Of a stretch of 64,000 nucleotides of DNA, positions 18,414 through 27,826 are shown one piece after another. This DNA is from an uncultured delta proteobacterium. GTDB lineage: Bacteria; Myxococcota_A; Polyangia; Fen-1088. The notes under the pieces are model-generated. The model was not told where the DNA came from and ran no database searches. It worked only from the letters and a program-made list of their open reading frames with translations. Position numbers and translations under genes: made by a program. Where the stretch lies: positions 256,001 through 320,000 of the forward strand of contig CAWCMR010000009.1 of the NCBI GenBank assembly GCA_963796685.1, read 5' to 3'. Numbering within the stretch: the first letter of the stretch is position 1; each line of letters opens with the position of its first letter.

Positions 18414-20903
18414 ATGCCGAATACGAAGTCGTTCAAGCCGTTGCTGTTCCTTGCCGTCGGTGTGCTGGCCGCGCCGGCCTGCACCCTTCCCCCGCCCCCG
18501 AAAGGAAATCCGGGCGACGCCGGGCCGACTTTCGTCTGCCAGGACGATAACGTGGCGGTAGACGGCGGCCCGCTGATGAGCGGCGTCGATGCAGGCAGCA
18601 ACAACATCGACAACGTCGTCAAGGCTGTCCAGTGCACCGGCGACAATAGCGGTGCCGCCGCCGCCCTGTTCACATACGCGCCGGGCTACGAGACAGATCC
18701 CGCAGTGAAGAAGAAGGTGGACGACACGCTTAGCAGCATGACCCTCTGGGACGAGACTGAGCAGATGCGCGGGACACCATACGGAAATGCTTACGCGCTC
18801 AATACGACCGATGTGGAGCGCAGCGACGACACTCGCGACTACTCGCCTACCATTCGCGGTTTTCACTACCGCGATGCCTCACGCGGCATGAACCTTGCCG
18901 AAGACATCAGCGGCGTCCTGCCCAACGCCGGCACCATTGATGGAGCACCAGTCGGCTATTCCACGGTCTTCCCGGTCAGCATGGCCCGCGGCGCGGCCTT
19001 CGACCTCGATCTCGAGTACGCCATCGGCGAGGCCATCGGCGACGAGATGCAGGCAGCCCAGGAGACGCTGTTGCTTGCCCCGTGCATGAACCTGCTTCGC
19101 CACCCACTGTGGGGCCGTGCGCAGGAAACCTACGGCGAGGATCCCTTCCACCTCGGTCGCCTCGCCTCGGCCATGACGGTGGGCATCCAGCAGCACGTCG
19201 CGGCCAATGCCAAGCACTACATGGCCTACGACATCGAGAACCTACGTGCCTCGAACGAATCGGACATGGATGAGCAAACGCTCAGGGAGATCTACGGCCG
19301 CCACTTCCGCATGGTGGTACGGGACGGTGGCGTGGCCTCTGTCATGGCGTCTTACAACCTCGTAAACGGACTGAAGTCCACGCAGAACTACCACACTCTG
19401 ACCGAGGTCCTTCGCCAGGACTTTGGATTCAAGGGCTTCGTGCTCAGCGACTGGTGGGCCATGCCGGGCGGCAACTCGGTCGGCACTCCGACCACGCTCA
19501 AGACCACCGCGATCCAGGCCGTGCATGCCGGTTTGGACGTCGAGCTGGCATGGGCGCTCAACTACGGCCAGCTCGAAAACATCGTCGCCACCAATGGCGG
19601 TGTGACCAAGGCGGACATCGACGCGTCCGCCGGGCGCATCCTGGAACAGAAGTTCCGCTTCAAGGCCGACAGCACCAGCGGCAATGTGGGGCTCGGCACC
19701 CCCACGACCGCCTACGTCAACAGCAGAATTGTCTGCGATGCCAGCCACATGCGGCTCGCGCAGAAGGCCGCGCTCGAAAGCATGGTGTTGCTCAAGAACG
19801 ACAACAACACCCTTCCGATCAAGTCGTCGGTCAGCAAGGTGGCAGTCCTGGGTGCCACCGTGGCCTACACGACCACCTATAACACCGGGTCAAGCTATTC
19901 CACAATCGACTTCGCAAAAGACGCCAACACAGGCGACATGGGATCGAGCCGTGTCTTTCAAGATCCGGCAAAGTACGTCGGCCCCTTCGCTGGTATCGAT
20001 CAAACCAAGCCCAATAGCGACATCACCGTGGTATCCGGATCGACCGCCGACGTTGCGGCGGACGCCGATTTCATCGTCGTCGTCGCCGGGCTCACCCCGC
20101 GCGACGAGGGCGAGGAATATACCAACGCGGGCGATCGAGACACCTTGGCCCTGGACGGGAAACCGTACTCTTCCAAGTACCAGAACATTCAAAATAACCT
20201 CATCACGGCCGCAGCCGCCCTTGGAAAGCCCATGGTGGTCGTGCTCGAAGGCGGCAGCGTGATCGACATGCCCTGGCTATCCAACGTTCCCGCGGTGGTC
20301 ATGGCCTGGTATCCGGGCGAGGTCGGCGGCCTGGCACTCGGCCAGCTGCTGTGGGGCCAGGCCAATTTCAGCGGCAAGTTGCCCTTCACCTGGGGACAGC
20401 TCAGCCAATATGAGACGTTCAATGGCGGCGGCAAGACGACCTTCAACTATTACGTCGGCTATCGCTACTTCGACTACACGGGTAAGACGCCGATCTTTCC
20501 ATTTGGATACGGGTTGAACTACACGCAATTCGAGTACCGCAAGCTCCAGCTCGGGTGCTCGGACATGAGCCAAGGGGCAGTCCTGCCCGTTGTCGTCAAT
20601 GTTGCCAACACCGGCACGATGGCAGGTGACGAGATCGTCATGGTTTTCGTATCCTTCCCCGAAACCACCGCGCGGCGGGCTCCCAAGGAGCTGAAGGGCT
20701 TTGCGCGCGTCAGCCTGGGCGCGGGCGAAGAAAAGCAAATCACGATTCCGATTCGCCTCTCGGACCTCGACTACTTCCAACAGGATTCCTCTACCGCGAC
20801 CACGGGCAAATGGGTCGTGGAAAGCGGTGACATCAAGATCATGGTTGGCGGCAGCTCCACGAACCTCCCGCTGTCGGGAACCGTGAAGGTCAACGGATAC
20901 TAG
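18414..20903 (+). CDS. GH3 beta-glucosidase/beta-xylosidase lipoprotein with Fn3-like domain
   Basis: Lipobox-like LAAPAC; GRAQETYGEDP, KHY, MASYN, SDW nucleophile, VLLKN, FPFGYGLNYT, KELKGF. Confidence 0.93.
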   Translation: MPNTKSFKPLLFLAVGVLAAPACTLPPPPKGNPGDAGPTFVCQDDNVAVDGGPLMSGVDAGSNNIDNVVKAVQCTGDNSGAAAALFTYAPGYETDPAVKKKVDDTLSSMTLWDETEQMRGTPYGNAYALNTTDVERSDDTRDYSPTIRGFHYRDASRGMNLAEDISGVLPNAGTIDGAPVGYSTVFPVSMARGAAFDLDLEYAIGEAIGDEMQAAQETLLLAPCMNLLRHPLWGRAQETYGEDPFHLGRLASAMTVGIQQHVAANAKHYMAYDIENLRASNESDMDEQTLREIYGRHFRMVVRDGGVASVMASYNLVNGLKSTQNYHTLTEVLRQDFGFKGFVLSDWWAMPGGNSVGTPTTLKTTAIQAVHAGLDVELAWALNYGQLENIVATNGGVTKADIDASAGRILEQKFRFKADSTSGNVGLGTPTTAYVNSRIVCDASHMRLAQKAALESMVLLKNDNNTLPIKSSVSKVAVLGATVAYTTTYNTGSSYSTIDFAKDANTGDMGSSRVFQDPAKYVGPFAGIDQTKPNSDITVVSGSTADVAADADFIVVVAGLTPRDEGEEYTNAGDRDTLALDGKPYSSKYQNIQNNLITAAAALGKPMVVVLEGGSVIDMPWLSNVPAVVMAWYPGEVGGLALGQLLWGQANFSGKLPFTWGQLSQYETFNGGGKTTFNYYVGYRYFDYTGKTPIFPFGYGLNYTQFEYRKLQLGCSDMSQGAVLPVVVNVANTGTMAGDEIVMVFVSFPETTARRAPKELKGFARVSLGAGEEKQITIPIRLSDLDYFQQDSSTATTGKWVVESGDIKIMVGGSSTNLPLSGTVKVNGY

Positions 20904-20941
20904 GGCCGAGTCTTGCAACGAACGTCTATCGGATACATCCC

Positions 20942-22451
20942 ATGACAACACGTCCTTCCTTCGCCAAGTCCCTTTCCAGTGTTCTGGCCGTCCTGGCTCT
21001 TCAAGGTTGGTCCGCGACGGCCTCCGCAGAAGACCAGCCCACGGCGACCAAGGACCAAGCGGTTGCCGCGTCCGAACCAGCCCCCGCGAAAGTCACGTCC
21101 GTGACTACACCACCGACACCGGCTGCCCCGGCGGCGACGGCAGCTTCTACGAAGGTTGCCGCCCCGAGCGCGGATGGCCAAGGAGGCCAGCCCGCCCCGG
21201 ATTCGCCAGCCGTTACCGAGATTGGCATCCAGCGCTTGCCCGGATCGGCCTACCCCGAGCCGCAGACCCGAGGGCTCATGTACGGTTCGCTGTGGCTGAC
21301 CTTCCACGGGCTGCAATGGCCCTACATGCCTGCGACGGCCAAGGGCTCACGCTTCGTGCTCGGGTTGTCCGGGTGGGGGTGGGTGGACACCTCGTACGAG
21401 AAGTTCGGCCCGTGGACCCCTCCCAATGTCTCGATTGCCGCGCTCGGCCAGAGCAATGTCAAATATTGGATCCAGCAGTCGCGCATGCTGCTGCGATTGA
21501 CGCCCACCTACGCACTCGACGATGGCTGGTTCGTCCAGGGCCAAGCCGAGCTCGTCGCCACCGAGGATCAAAGCGCCAATCGCTCGGCGATCGGCGGCGC
21601 CGATACCGACGATCTATGGTTACGCATCGGCCAGTGGAACACGTGGGACTTCCAGGTCGGTCGTTTCGAGGGTTGGGAGGTTTTTCACCTCGGCATGGGT
21701 CTCGACCAGAACACCTTCGAGCGACAAGGAGCAAACGGTATCTATGAGTCCGGCTCCTATCCCATCCAGTTCTATGGCCTTACGGACAACCAATTCCGTC
21801 CCCCGGGCGCTGCCGGCAACATGGCCGTGCACTACTATCCCTTTCGGTTCCTCCGTTTCGAGCTCCTCGGCACTGCCGGAAGCCTGGGCTCGACTCCCAT
21901 CCTGGCGACGCGTCCGGTGGCCATCCTCGACTTCGGCTGGCTCAAGCTCAAGGGCGGCGTGGAATATCAACGCTTGACTAACCAGCAGGCGAGCCAAGCC
22001 CTGTTCAAGAAGACCTCCAAAGGCGTCGGAGGGGCGGTTCAGTTCGTCTTCCAGCCGCACATCGAGTTTGGGCTCAACGCCGCCCAAGGAACCGTCTGGA
22101 GCATCGATGCCTCCGGAAGGGAAGACCTCAAGGGTAGTCTCACACGGACCAGCTTTGGCGGATTCGCCAACGTCTCGAACGGTAGTATCAAGCACCCACT
22201 CATCTTCGGTGTGGGAGGGCTCTACACGCACACCGAGGACCAGAACAACATCCTTGGCGATGGCGTGGTGGACAAATACTGGCTCTTCCAGGGTTTTGCC
22301 GCCGTCCAATACGTCGCTTTCCAACAGACTGTATATCAAGCTCGTAGGTGGCTACTCGAGGGGCAATTGGCTCACGGCTGGGCACACTCCTCTCGTTCAA
22401 TGGGATGACGAGGTGTACAGCGTCCGGCTCCGGTTCTCGTTCTATTTCTAG
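20942..22451 (+). CDS. Porin-like outer-membrane protein (frameshift near 22328)
   Basis: Signal peptide and beta strands in 20942..22408; natural end LYIKLVGGYS...VRLRFSFYF lies in the 22068..22451 frame. Confidence 0.72.
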
Positions 22452-22937
22452 TTATTTCGCCCGCCTCGCCGAGAGGCCACCAGCAGGCAACGGAGGATTG
22501 GACTATGGTTTCGATGTCGGAAAAGCGACCATCGGCCATCCTGCGTTGCGCTTTCCCGTGGCTCGCGCTCGCCTTCACCTGGCCCCCGAGGACGGCCGAT
22601 CACCCGCCTGCTCGCCCCTCCGACGAAACAGCGTCAGGCTTCCCCACGCTTCGACGAACGTGCCGTCCACGGGTAAAGCACGTATAACACAATACGTCGA
22701 CGCTTCAGGGCCTAGTCAGGCAATCACTTGATTCGCCGGATGGGGTACTTTCGCCATGCCCACTTCTTCAAGCATGTGAGCACGATGCGGCCTCAGGGAT
22801 CGCGATCATCATCCAATCTTGCCTCAATTTGACCACGCTCCCGACGCCTCATTGTGTCACCCGGGCAACCTACGCTGCGACGATGCCGTCAGGATGCTCG
22901 CATGCGTTTCCTTGCTAGACGCACTGTTCTTTCATAC

Positions 22938-22966
22938 TTGACAAGCAGAGCCATATCGTCGAGTCT
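22938..22966 (+). promoter_or_regulatory. Possible sigma-70 promoter
   Basis: TTGACA, 17-nt spacer, GAGTCT (weak -10) upstream of 23029. Confidence 0.3.
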
Positions 22967-23028
22967 ACACGCGTTGTAGCCGCGGTCCCCGGCCCTGGGA
23001 TCGGAAGTTCGCCGCAAGGAGAAACTAG

Positions 23029-23754
23029 ATGACACGAACGATAAGGTTACTGTTAGGACTGCTCGTCTCGCTGATCTGCTTCAGCAGCCCCGCTCAGGTG
23101 TTCGCAGCCACGGGTGCTCAGTATGGAACACCGCCGAGCGGCTGCTCAGGCAATCCCCCTAACAACACGGCATATCTCTGGACCGGGACCGGTTACAGCG
23201 GCACTTGCTACATGATCAACGTCGACAACTACTCTGACACGTGGGCCAGCTGGGACGCATCGACTGGGTTCCCGAATGATTCCATAAAGTCAGTTAAGGT
23301 GGGTGCGAACGCTCACCTCGTCCTCTTCTGGAATGGCTTCTACACGCAAGACAACGGCCAGCCCTTTCTGATTCCGGGGTCTCAGTGCACGTCCAACTGT
23401 AGTGACTTGGGAAGCTGGAAAAACCAAGTCTCGGCCGTACGCATCCAGACATTTGTCACATGCGGTGGTAGCGAGAAACTAGCTCTCTTCGCAGATCCCA
23501 ATTGGGGTGGAGACTGCACGATGCTTCCATTCCCTAACTACTACACCGATCCCGTTGCAATGGGTTTTCGCAACGATACCGTAACCGGCCTAATTAATAC
23601 GAGCGCACAGAACACCGCTTGCATCTTTGCTAATGTAGGCTTCGGTAGTCCGTTGACCACATTTGGTCCGGGATATTTGAACTCGAATCTCACGGGTCTT
23701 GGTTGGAATGACTTAGTGTCCGCCGTCAAGCTTACGGCTCAGTGCTGGAGGTAG
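23029..23754 (+). CDS. Secreted beta-gamma-crystallin (Greek key) repeat protein
   Basis: AAGGAG RBS, signal peptide, four motifs FPNDSIKSVKV, WKNQVSAVRI, FRNDTVTGL, WNDLVSAVKL, several preceded by aromatic-x-x-x-x-aromatic-x-G. Confidence 0.78.
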   Translation: MTRTIRLLLGLLVSLICFSSPAQVFAATGAQYGTPPSGCSGNPPNNTAYLWTGTGYSGTCYMINVDNYSDTWASWDASTGFPNDSIKSVKVGANAHLVLFWNGFYTQDNGQPFLIPGSQCTSNCSDLGSWKNQVSAVRIQTFVTCGGSEKLALFADPNWGGDCTMLPFPNYYTDPVAMGFRNDTVTGLINTSAQNTACIFANVGFGSPLTTFGPGYLNSNLTGLGWNDLVSAVKLTAQCWR

Positions 23755-23852
23755 AACCCTCTCTCCGCTTTGGATAGAGGCTCTAACCGGGGACCTGTTC
23801 AGACGTCTGCAAGCAATGGTCGGATAGGTCCCTGCGGTCTTAGTATGGAGGA

Positions 23853-24464
23853 ATGACGATGGGACGAGGACGCGGGCCACTGTATTCCATTCTATTGGTT
23901 CCTCTTCTGTTGTTGTTGTTGTTCGTCGCCAGCTACTTAGGTCTCAAGTCTCGCGGGAAAGCTGATGTAACGACGCCATCGAGCGATTCCGAATCCTCGT
24001 CAGTCAAGTCGCCGGGTTCTGGCTTCCCGGCCAGGGGGCCAAGGTTAGCACTGCCAATGATCAATCCGAGTAGCCCGCCAAAGGAATCGGACCAGAAATC
24101 TGGCGAAGCTGAGCTCGGTCGATCAGCGCGTGAAGAAGCTGCCAGTCAGGAGCGTGCGCTCATGGCCAAGACCTGGAACATGAGCGACGAGCAATATCAG
24201 GCCTTCGAGGCAGCCGCCACCGCGGTGCCCCATTGGGAACGAAGGGCTGTATATGAGCGGTTCCTTAGGGGCGAGATAGATCGAGAGCAACTCAACAAAG
24301 AACTTCCCGAGGCAGATGCCCGCGACAGCAAGCAGCTTCGTGAGGCGCTAGGAACACACTATCAGGAGTATGAGTTGATGCGCGGTCACTTCGCCGAGGC
24401 CGGGCTGGACCACAAGCCGTTCGAGCCACCGACGAGCGACCCAGTGTCACCGCAGGGACCGTAG
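23853..24464 (+). CDS. Hypothetical membrane-anchored helical protein
   Basis: GGAGG RBS, N-terminal TM, Ser/Pro linker, charged helical domain. Confidence 0.7.
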   Translation: MTMGRGRGPLYSILLVPLLLLLLFVASYLGLKSRGKADVTTPSSDSESSSVKSPGSGFPARGPRLALPMINPSSPPKESDQKSGEAELGRSAREEAASQERALMAKTWNMSDEQYQAFEAAATAVPHWERRAVYERFLRGEIDREQLNKELPEADARDSKQLREALGTHYQEYELMRGHFAEAGLDHKPFEPPTSDPVSPQGP

Positions 24465-24544
24465 TTTGGTAGATGTTTATGAACAGGAATGACTCGGACG
24501 TCGCACCCAGGTCGGAGGTGCAAGATCCGCACTTACACTAGCTA

Positions 24545-26316
24545 GAGCCTGTCGGGAAATTCGGTGAGCCGAGCGCGATGTCGGGCCATCCCACGCCGCC
24601 AGCGCGGCCAACTTCCCGATTTTGCTCGTAGGGGACCACGCCCCCCAGCTTTCCACTCATACCGCCAAGGCAATCCCCTTCTTTCCGGCAACACCCCGAT
24701 ACAGCTTGGTGAGGTTCAGCCCAAGCACAGCTCGTTGGCCGCATAGTCCCATCATCGCGGTTGAGCGTGCCGCTGGACGGTTGAATCCATATTTGGGGCA
24801 CTTGATGGTGCCAATCGACCCTTCGACCATCGCCCGCTCTCTGATGAGGCGGTCCTTCACTTTGCCCTCGACTTCCCACGGCGTGCGGCCTCGGGGGGCC
24901 AATCCAATATCGCGAACGCCAAGCTTGCGAAGTCGCTTCACGTTCTCTGTGCTGTACCCACCCCGGTCGTACGCGTAGGCACGCGGTGCCTTCCCGAACA
25001 TCCCCGCGAGATCTTCGACTGCGCGTACGGCGTAGCTGGAATCCGTGAAATCGGTCTTCGTCCCGGCCATGGTCGCAAGTACGAAGCCGCCACGCAGTCG
25101 TGTGATCCCCCACGACAGCCCGAACTCGACCGACTTGCCCACTTTGCCGCGCACGATCGAGTACACCTGGGGAATGTGTAGGTTGATGATCTTGCCGGCC
25201 GCGACGAAGCCGGTGCGCAGCCAGTGACGGATCTGCGGAATCAACTTGCCCATCGTTACGTGTAATTCTGCGAGCTTGCGTTGTGCGACCACGGCATGAC
25301 GACGGAGCTTGCATCCCTGCGCCGAGGCAGCCGCGATCGCCTTGCCCAGATCCTGATTGATCCCTTCGATGATCTTGGTCATCTGCGCGACCATCCGATC
25401 CTTGGCAGCCTTGGTCTTGCCTTTGGCAAACAGACGATACTTGCGCACGTGCTCCTTGGCTGCTCGAAGCTTGCCGTGCACCTTGCCCAGAAAACTCTGA
25501 AATCCCTGTCCCGCTCTCTTTGCCGCTGCTGCGATGGATTTGACGAAGCCACCGAGCAATCCCATCTCGTTGGGATGCGGAATCGCCGCTTCCTGTGCCG
25601 TCATGTCGGCCACTGCGACCTTGGGGTCGGCAAGGCCCAGCGCTACCGCCTGTTTCACCACCGCCTCGTTGATCAGCCTGCATCCGTCTTCGCCCAGAAG
25701 CTGCGCAAAATCCTGGATCGTCGTGAAGTCCGGTGTCCAGTCCGTCTCGGTCAATCCGCATAGATATCGCGCCGGCGCGTAGTACCGGATTTGCTCTTCC
25801 GCCTCGCGGTAGGGCATTTTGCGAATTGCCATCAGCGTCAGCGCTCCGAGTGTCGCGCGCAAGTTCGGCGGGCGTCCCGCCGCGTTCTTGAGCTTCTTGG
25901 CGCGGACCTTCTCGGCCTGCGCCTCCATCTCGGTCCAGTCCACCGTGTCGGTCAGCACCACCATCGGATGATTGTCGGGCAATGGAATCGCGGGCCGTTT
26001 CGAACGAGGAAACAGGTCGGGCTGGCTGTTGCCGCCCCGGCGTCGTGCTGACATCACAGACCTCCTTGGTCACACTTTCCATCAGCCACATTTCGTCGCC
26101 GTTGTCGATCCCCCATCGAAGAAAAATCCGCGAAATCCGACGGTCTATCGCGAGAGAGCTGGCCGGGGAGCGGTGGACCGGCCAGCGTAGCCGTGAGCGG
26201 TAGGGTGAGCGTGTTCGGCCAGCGGATCGCGGGGCGCGTGGGCGACACCCGTGAGCGTGTGCGGCCCGCAGCTTGCGTGCCGCGAGCCGGGTCGCCGGGA
26301 ATTTCCCGACAAGCTC
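24545..26316 (-). mobile_element. IS5-family insertion sequence
   Basis: Terminal inverted repeats GAGC(C/T)TGTCGGGAAATTC; CTAGCTA on the left and TAGCTAG on the right; single transposase ORF. Confidence 0.92.
24657..26057 (-). CDS. IS5-family DDE transposase
   Basis: GRPP N-terminal region, PDFTTI, VADMT, RGKVGKSVEFG, YDRGG, RAMVEGSIGTIK. Confidence 0.9.
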   Translation of the reverse strand: MMSARRRGGNSQPDLFPRSKRPAIPLPDNHPMVVLTDTVDWTEMEAQAEKVRAKKLKNAAGRPPNLRATLGALTLMAIRKMPYREAEEQIRYYAPARYLCGLTETDWTPDFTTIQDFAQLLGEDGCRLINEAVVKQAVALGLADPKVAVADMTAQEAAIPHPNEMGLLGGFVKSIAAAAKRAGQGFQSFLGKVHGKLRAAKEHVRKYRLFAKGKTKAAKDRMVAQMTKIIEGINQDLGKAIAAASAQGCKLRRHAVVAQRKLAELHVTMGKLIPQIRHWLRTGFVAAGKIINLHIPQVYSIVRGKVGKSVEFGLSWGITRLRGGFVLATMAGTKTDFTDSSYAVRAVEDLAGMFGKAPRAYAYDRGGYSTENVKRLRKLGVRDIGLAPRGRTPWEVEGKVKDRLIRERAMVEGSIGTIKCPKYGFNRPAARSTAMMGLCGQRAVLGLNLTKLYRGVAGKKGIALAV

Positions 26317-26346
26317 TAGCTAGGCGGTTGTTCTACCGGCGGCAGC

Positions 26347-26381
26347 AAAAACCCCGCGGCAGCTTGGCGGCCACCGCGGGG
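26347..26381 (-). terminator. Intrinsic terminator of the xyl operon
   Basis: Stem CCCCGCGG/CCGCGGGG followed by T5 on the minus strand, just after the xylA stop. Confidence 0.7.
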
Positions 26382-26407
26382 CGATTGTGATACTGGGGGT
26401 CTCTAGA

Positions 26408-27727
26408 CTAGACGTACCGGTTGATCTGGTTCTCCAGCAGCTCTTGCTGGCCCGAGCGCGGCTTGGGATCGATGTTCTGCTTGAGCACGCGGTCGGAGAG
26501 CTGACCGAGGTCGAGCTTGCGATCCATGATCTCCTTACCAAGGCCGCTGTTCCAGCCTTTGTAACGGGCGTCGATGGCGCCTTGGACTTTGCCGTCCTCG
26601 ATCATCTTGTCCGCGATGAGCAGGGCGCGCGCGAGAACGTCCATGCCGCCGATGTGGGCGTGGAAGAGGTCGGCCAGGTCGATGCTCTGGCGGCGCACCT
26701 TGGCGTCGAAGTTGAAGCCGCCGGTCTTGAAGCCGCCGGCCGCGACGATGTGGCGCAGGACCAAGGCCATCTCGCCTGCGTCGCTCGGGAACTGGTCGGT
26801 GTCCCAGCCGAGCAGGAGATCGCCGCGGTTCATGTCGATGCTGCCGAACAGCCCGTTGGCCACGGCGTAGGCCACCTCGTGCTCGAAGGTGTGTCCGGCC
26901 AGGGTGGCGTGGTTGTTTTCGATGTTGAGCTTGAAGTCGTCTTTGCTGAGTCCGTAGTTCTGGAAGAACGCGTACACGGCAGCGGAGTCGTAGTCGTACT
27001 GGTGCTTGGACGGCTCACGCGGCTTGGGCTCGATGAGCAGCGGACCCTTGAACCCGATCTTGTGCTTGTACTCGCACACCAGATTCATGAAGCGGCCCAT
27101 CTGATCGAGCTCGCGCTTCATGTCGGTGTTGACCAGGGACTCGTAGCCCTCGCGCCCGCCCCACAGCACGTAGTTCTCACCGCCCAGCTTCTGCGTGACG
27201 TCGAGGGCCTTCTTGACCTGCGCGGCGGCGTAGGCGAACACCTCGGGATCGGGGTTGGTGGACGCGCCCGACATGAAGCGGGGATTGGAGAACATGTTGG
27301 CCGTGCCCCACAAGAGCTTCACGCCCGTGCGCTGCTGGTGCGCGGCGAGCACGTCGACCATGCGGTCGAGGAGGTCATTGCTCTCGGCCAGCGACTTTCC
27401 CTCGGCCACCACGTCGCGATCATGGAAGCAGTAGTAGGGATTGCCGAGCTTCTGGAAAAACTCGAAGGCCGCAGCGGCCTTCTGCTTGGCCAGCTCCAGC
27501 TTGTCGCCGTCACCGTGCCATGGGCGGCCGAACGTCGCATCGCCGAACGGATCGCCGCCGGTGCCGCAGAACGTGTGCCAGTAGCAGACGGCGACGCGCA
27601 GTTGCTCGTCCATGCGCTTGCCGCGCACGATGCGGTTCTTGTCGTAGAAACGGAAACCAAGCGGATTCTGCGAATCCGGACCTTGGTACTGAATCGGTTC
27701 GATGCCGGGGAATGTTGGCTGTGCCAT
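26408..27727 (-). CDS. xylA: Xylose isomerase (class II)
   Basis: [51 protein letters not shown]. Confidence 0.98.
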   Translation of the reverse strand: MAQPTFPGIEPIQYQGPDSQNPLGFRFYDKNRIVRGKRMDEQLRVAVCYWHTFCGTGGDPFGDATFGRPWHGDGDKLELAKQKAAAAFEFFQKLGNPYYCFHDRDVVAEGKSLAESNDLLDRMVDVLAAHQQRTGVKLLWGTANMFSNPRFMSGASTNPDPEVFAYAAAQVKKALDVTQKLGGENYVLWGGREGYESLVNTDMKRELDQMGRFMNLVCEYKHKIGFKGPLLIEPKPREPSKHQYDYDSAAVYAFFQNYGLSKDDFKLNIENNHATLAGHTFEHEVAYAVANGLFGSIDMNRGDLLLGWDTDQFPSDAGEMALVLRHIVAAGGFKTGGFNFDAKVRRQSIDLADLFHAHIGGMDVLARALLIADKMIEDGKVQGAIDARYKGWNSGLGKEIMDRKLDLGQLSDRVLKQNIDPKPRSGQQELLENQINRYV

Positions 27728-27826
27728 GGGATCCTTTCCTGACGTTTGAAATGGGAACCTTGAAAAGGTTCCCATGCCCTCCCGCGATGGTCCGCAGCCG
27801 GCAGAGCCGGCTGGCTTCCCACGCGG

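Noticed and set aside
22505-22687. 60-aa ORF with a GGAGG upstream
   Set aside because: No recognizable motif and atypical composition; could be a remnant but cannot be supported.
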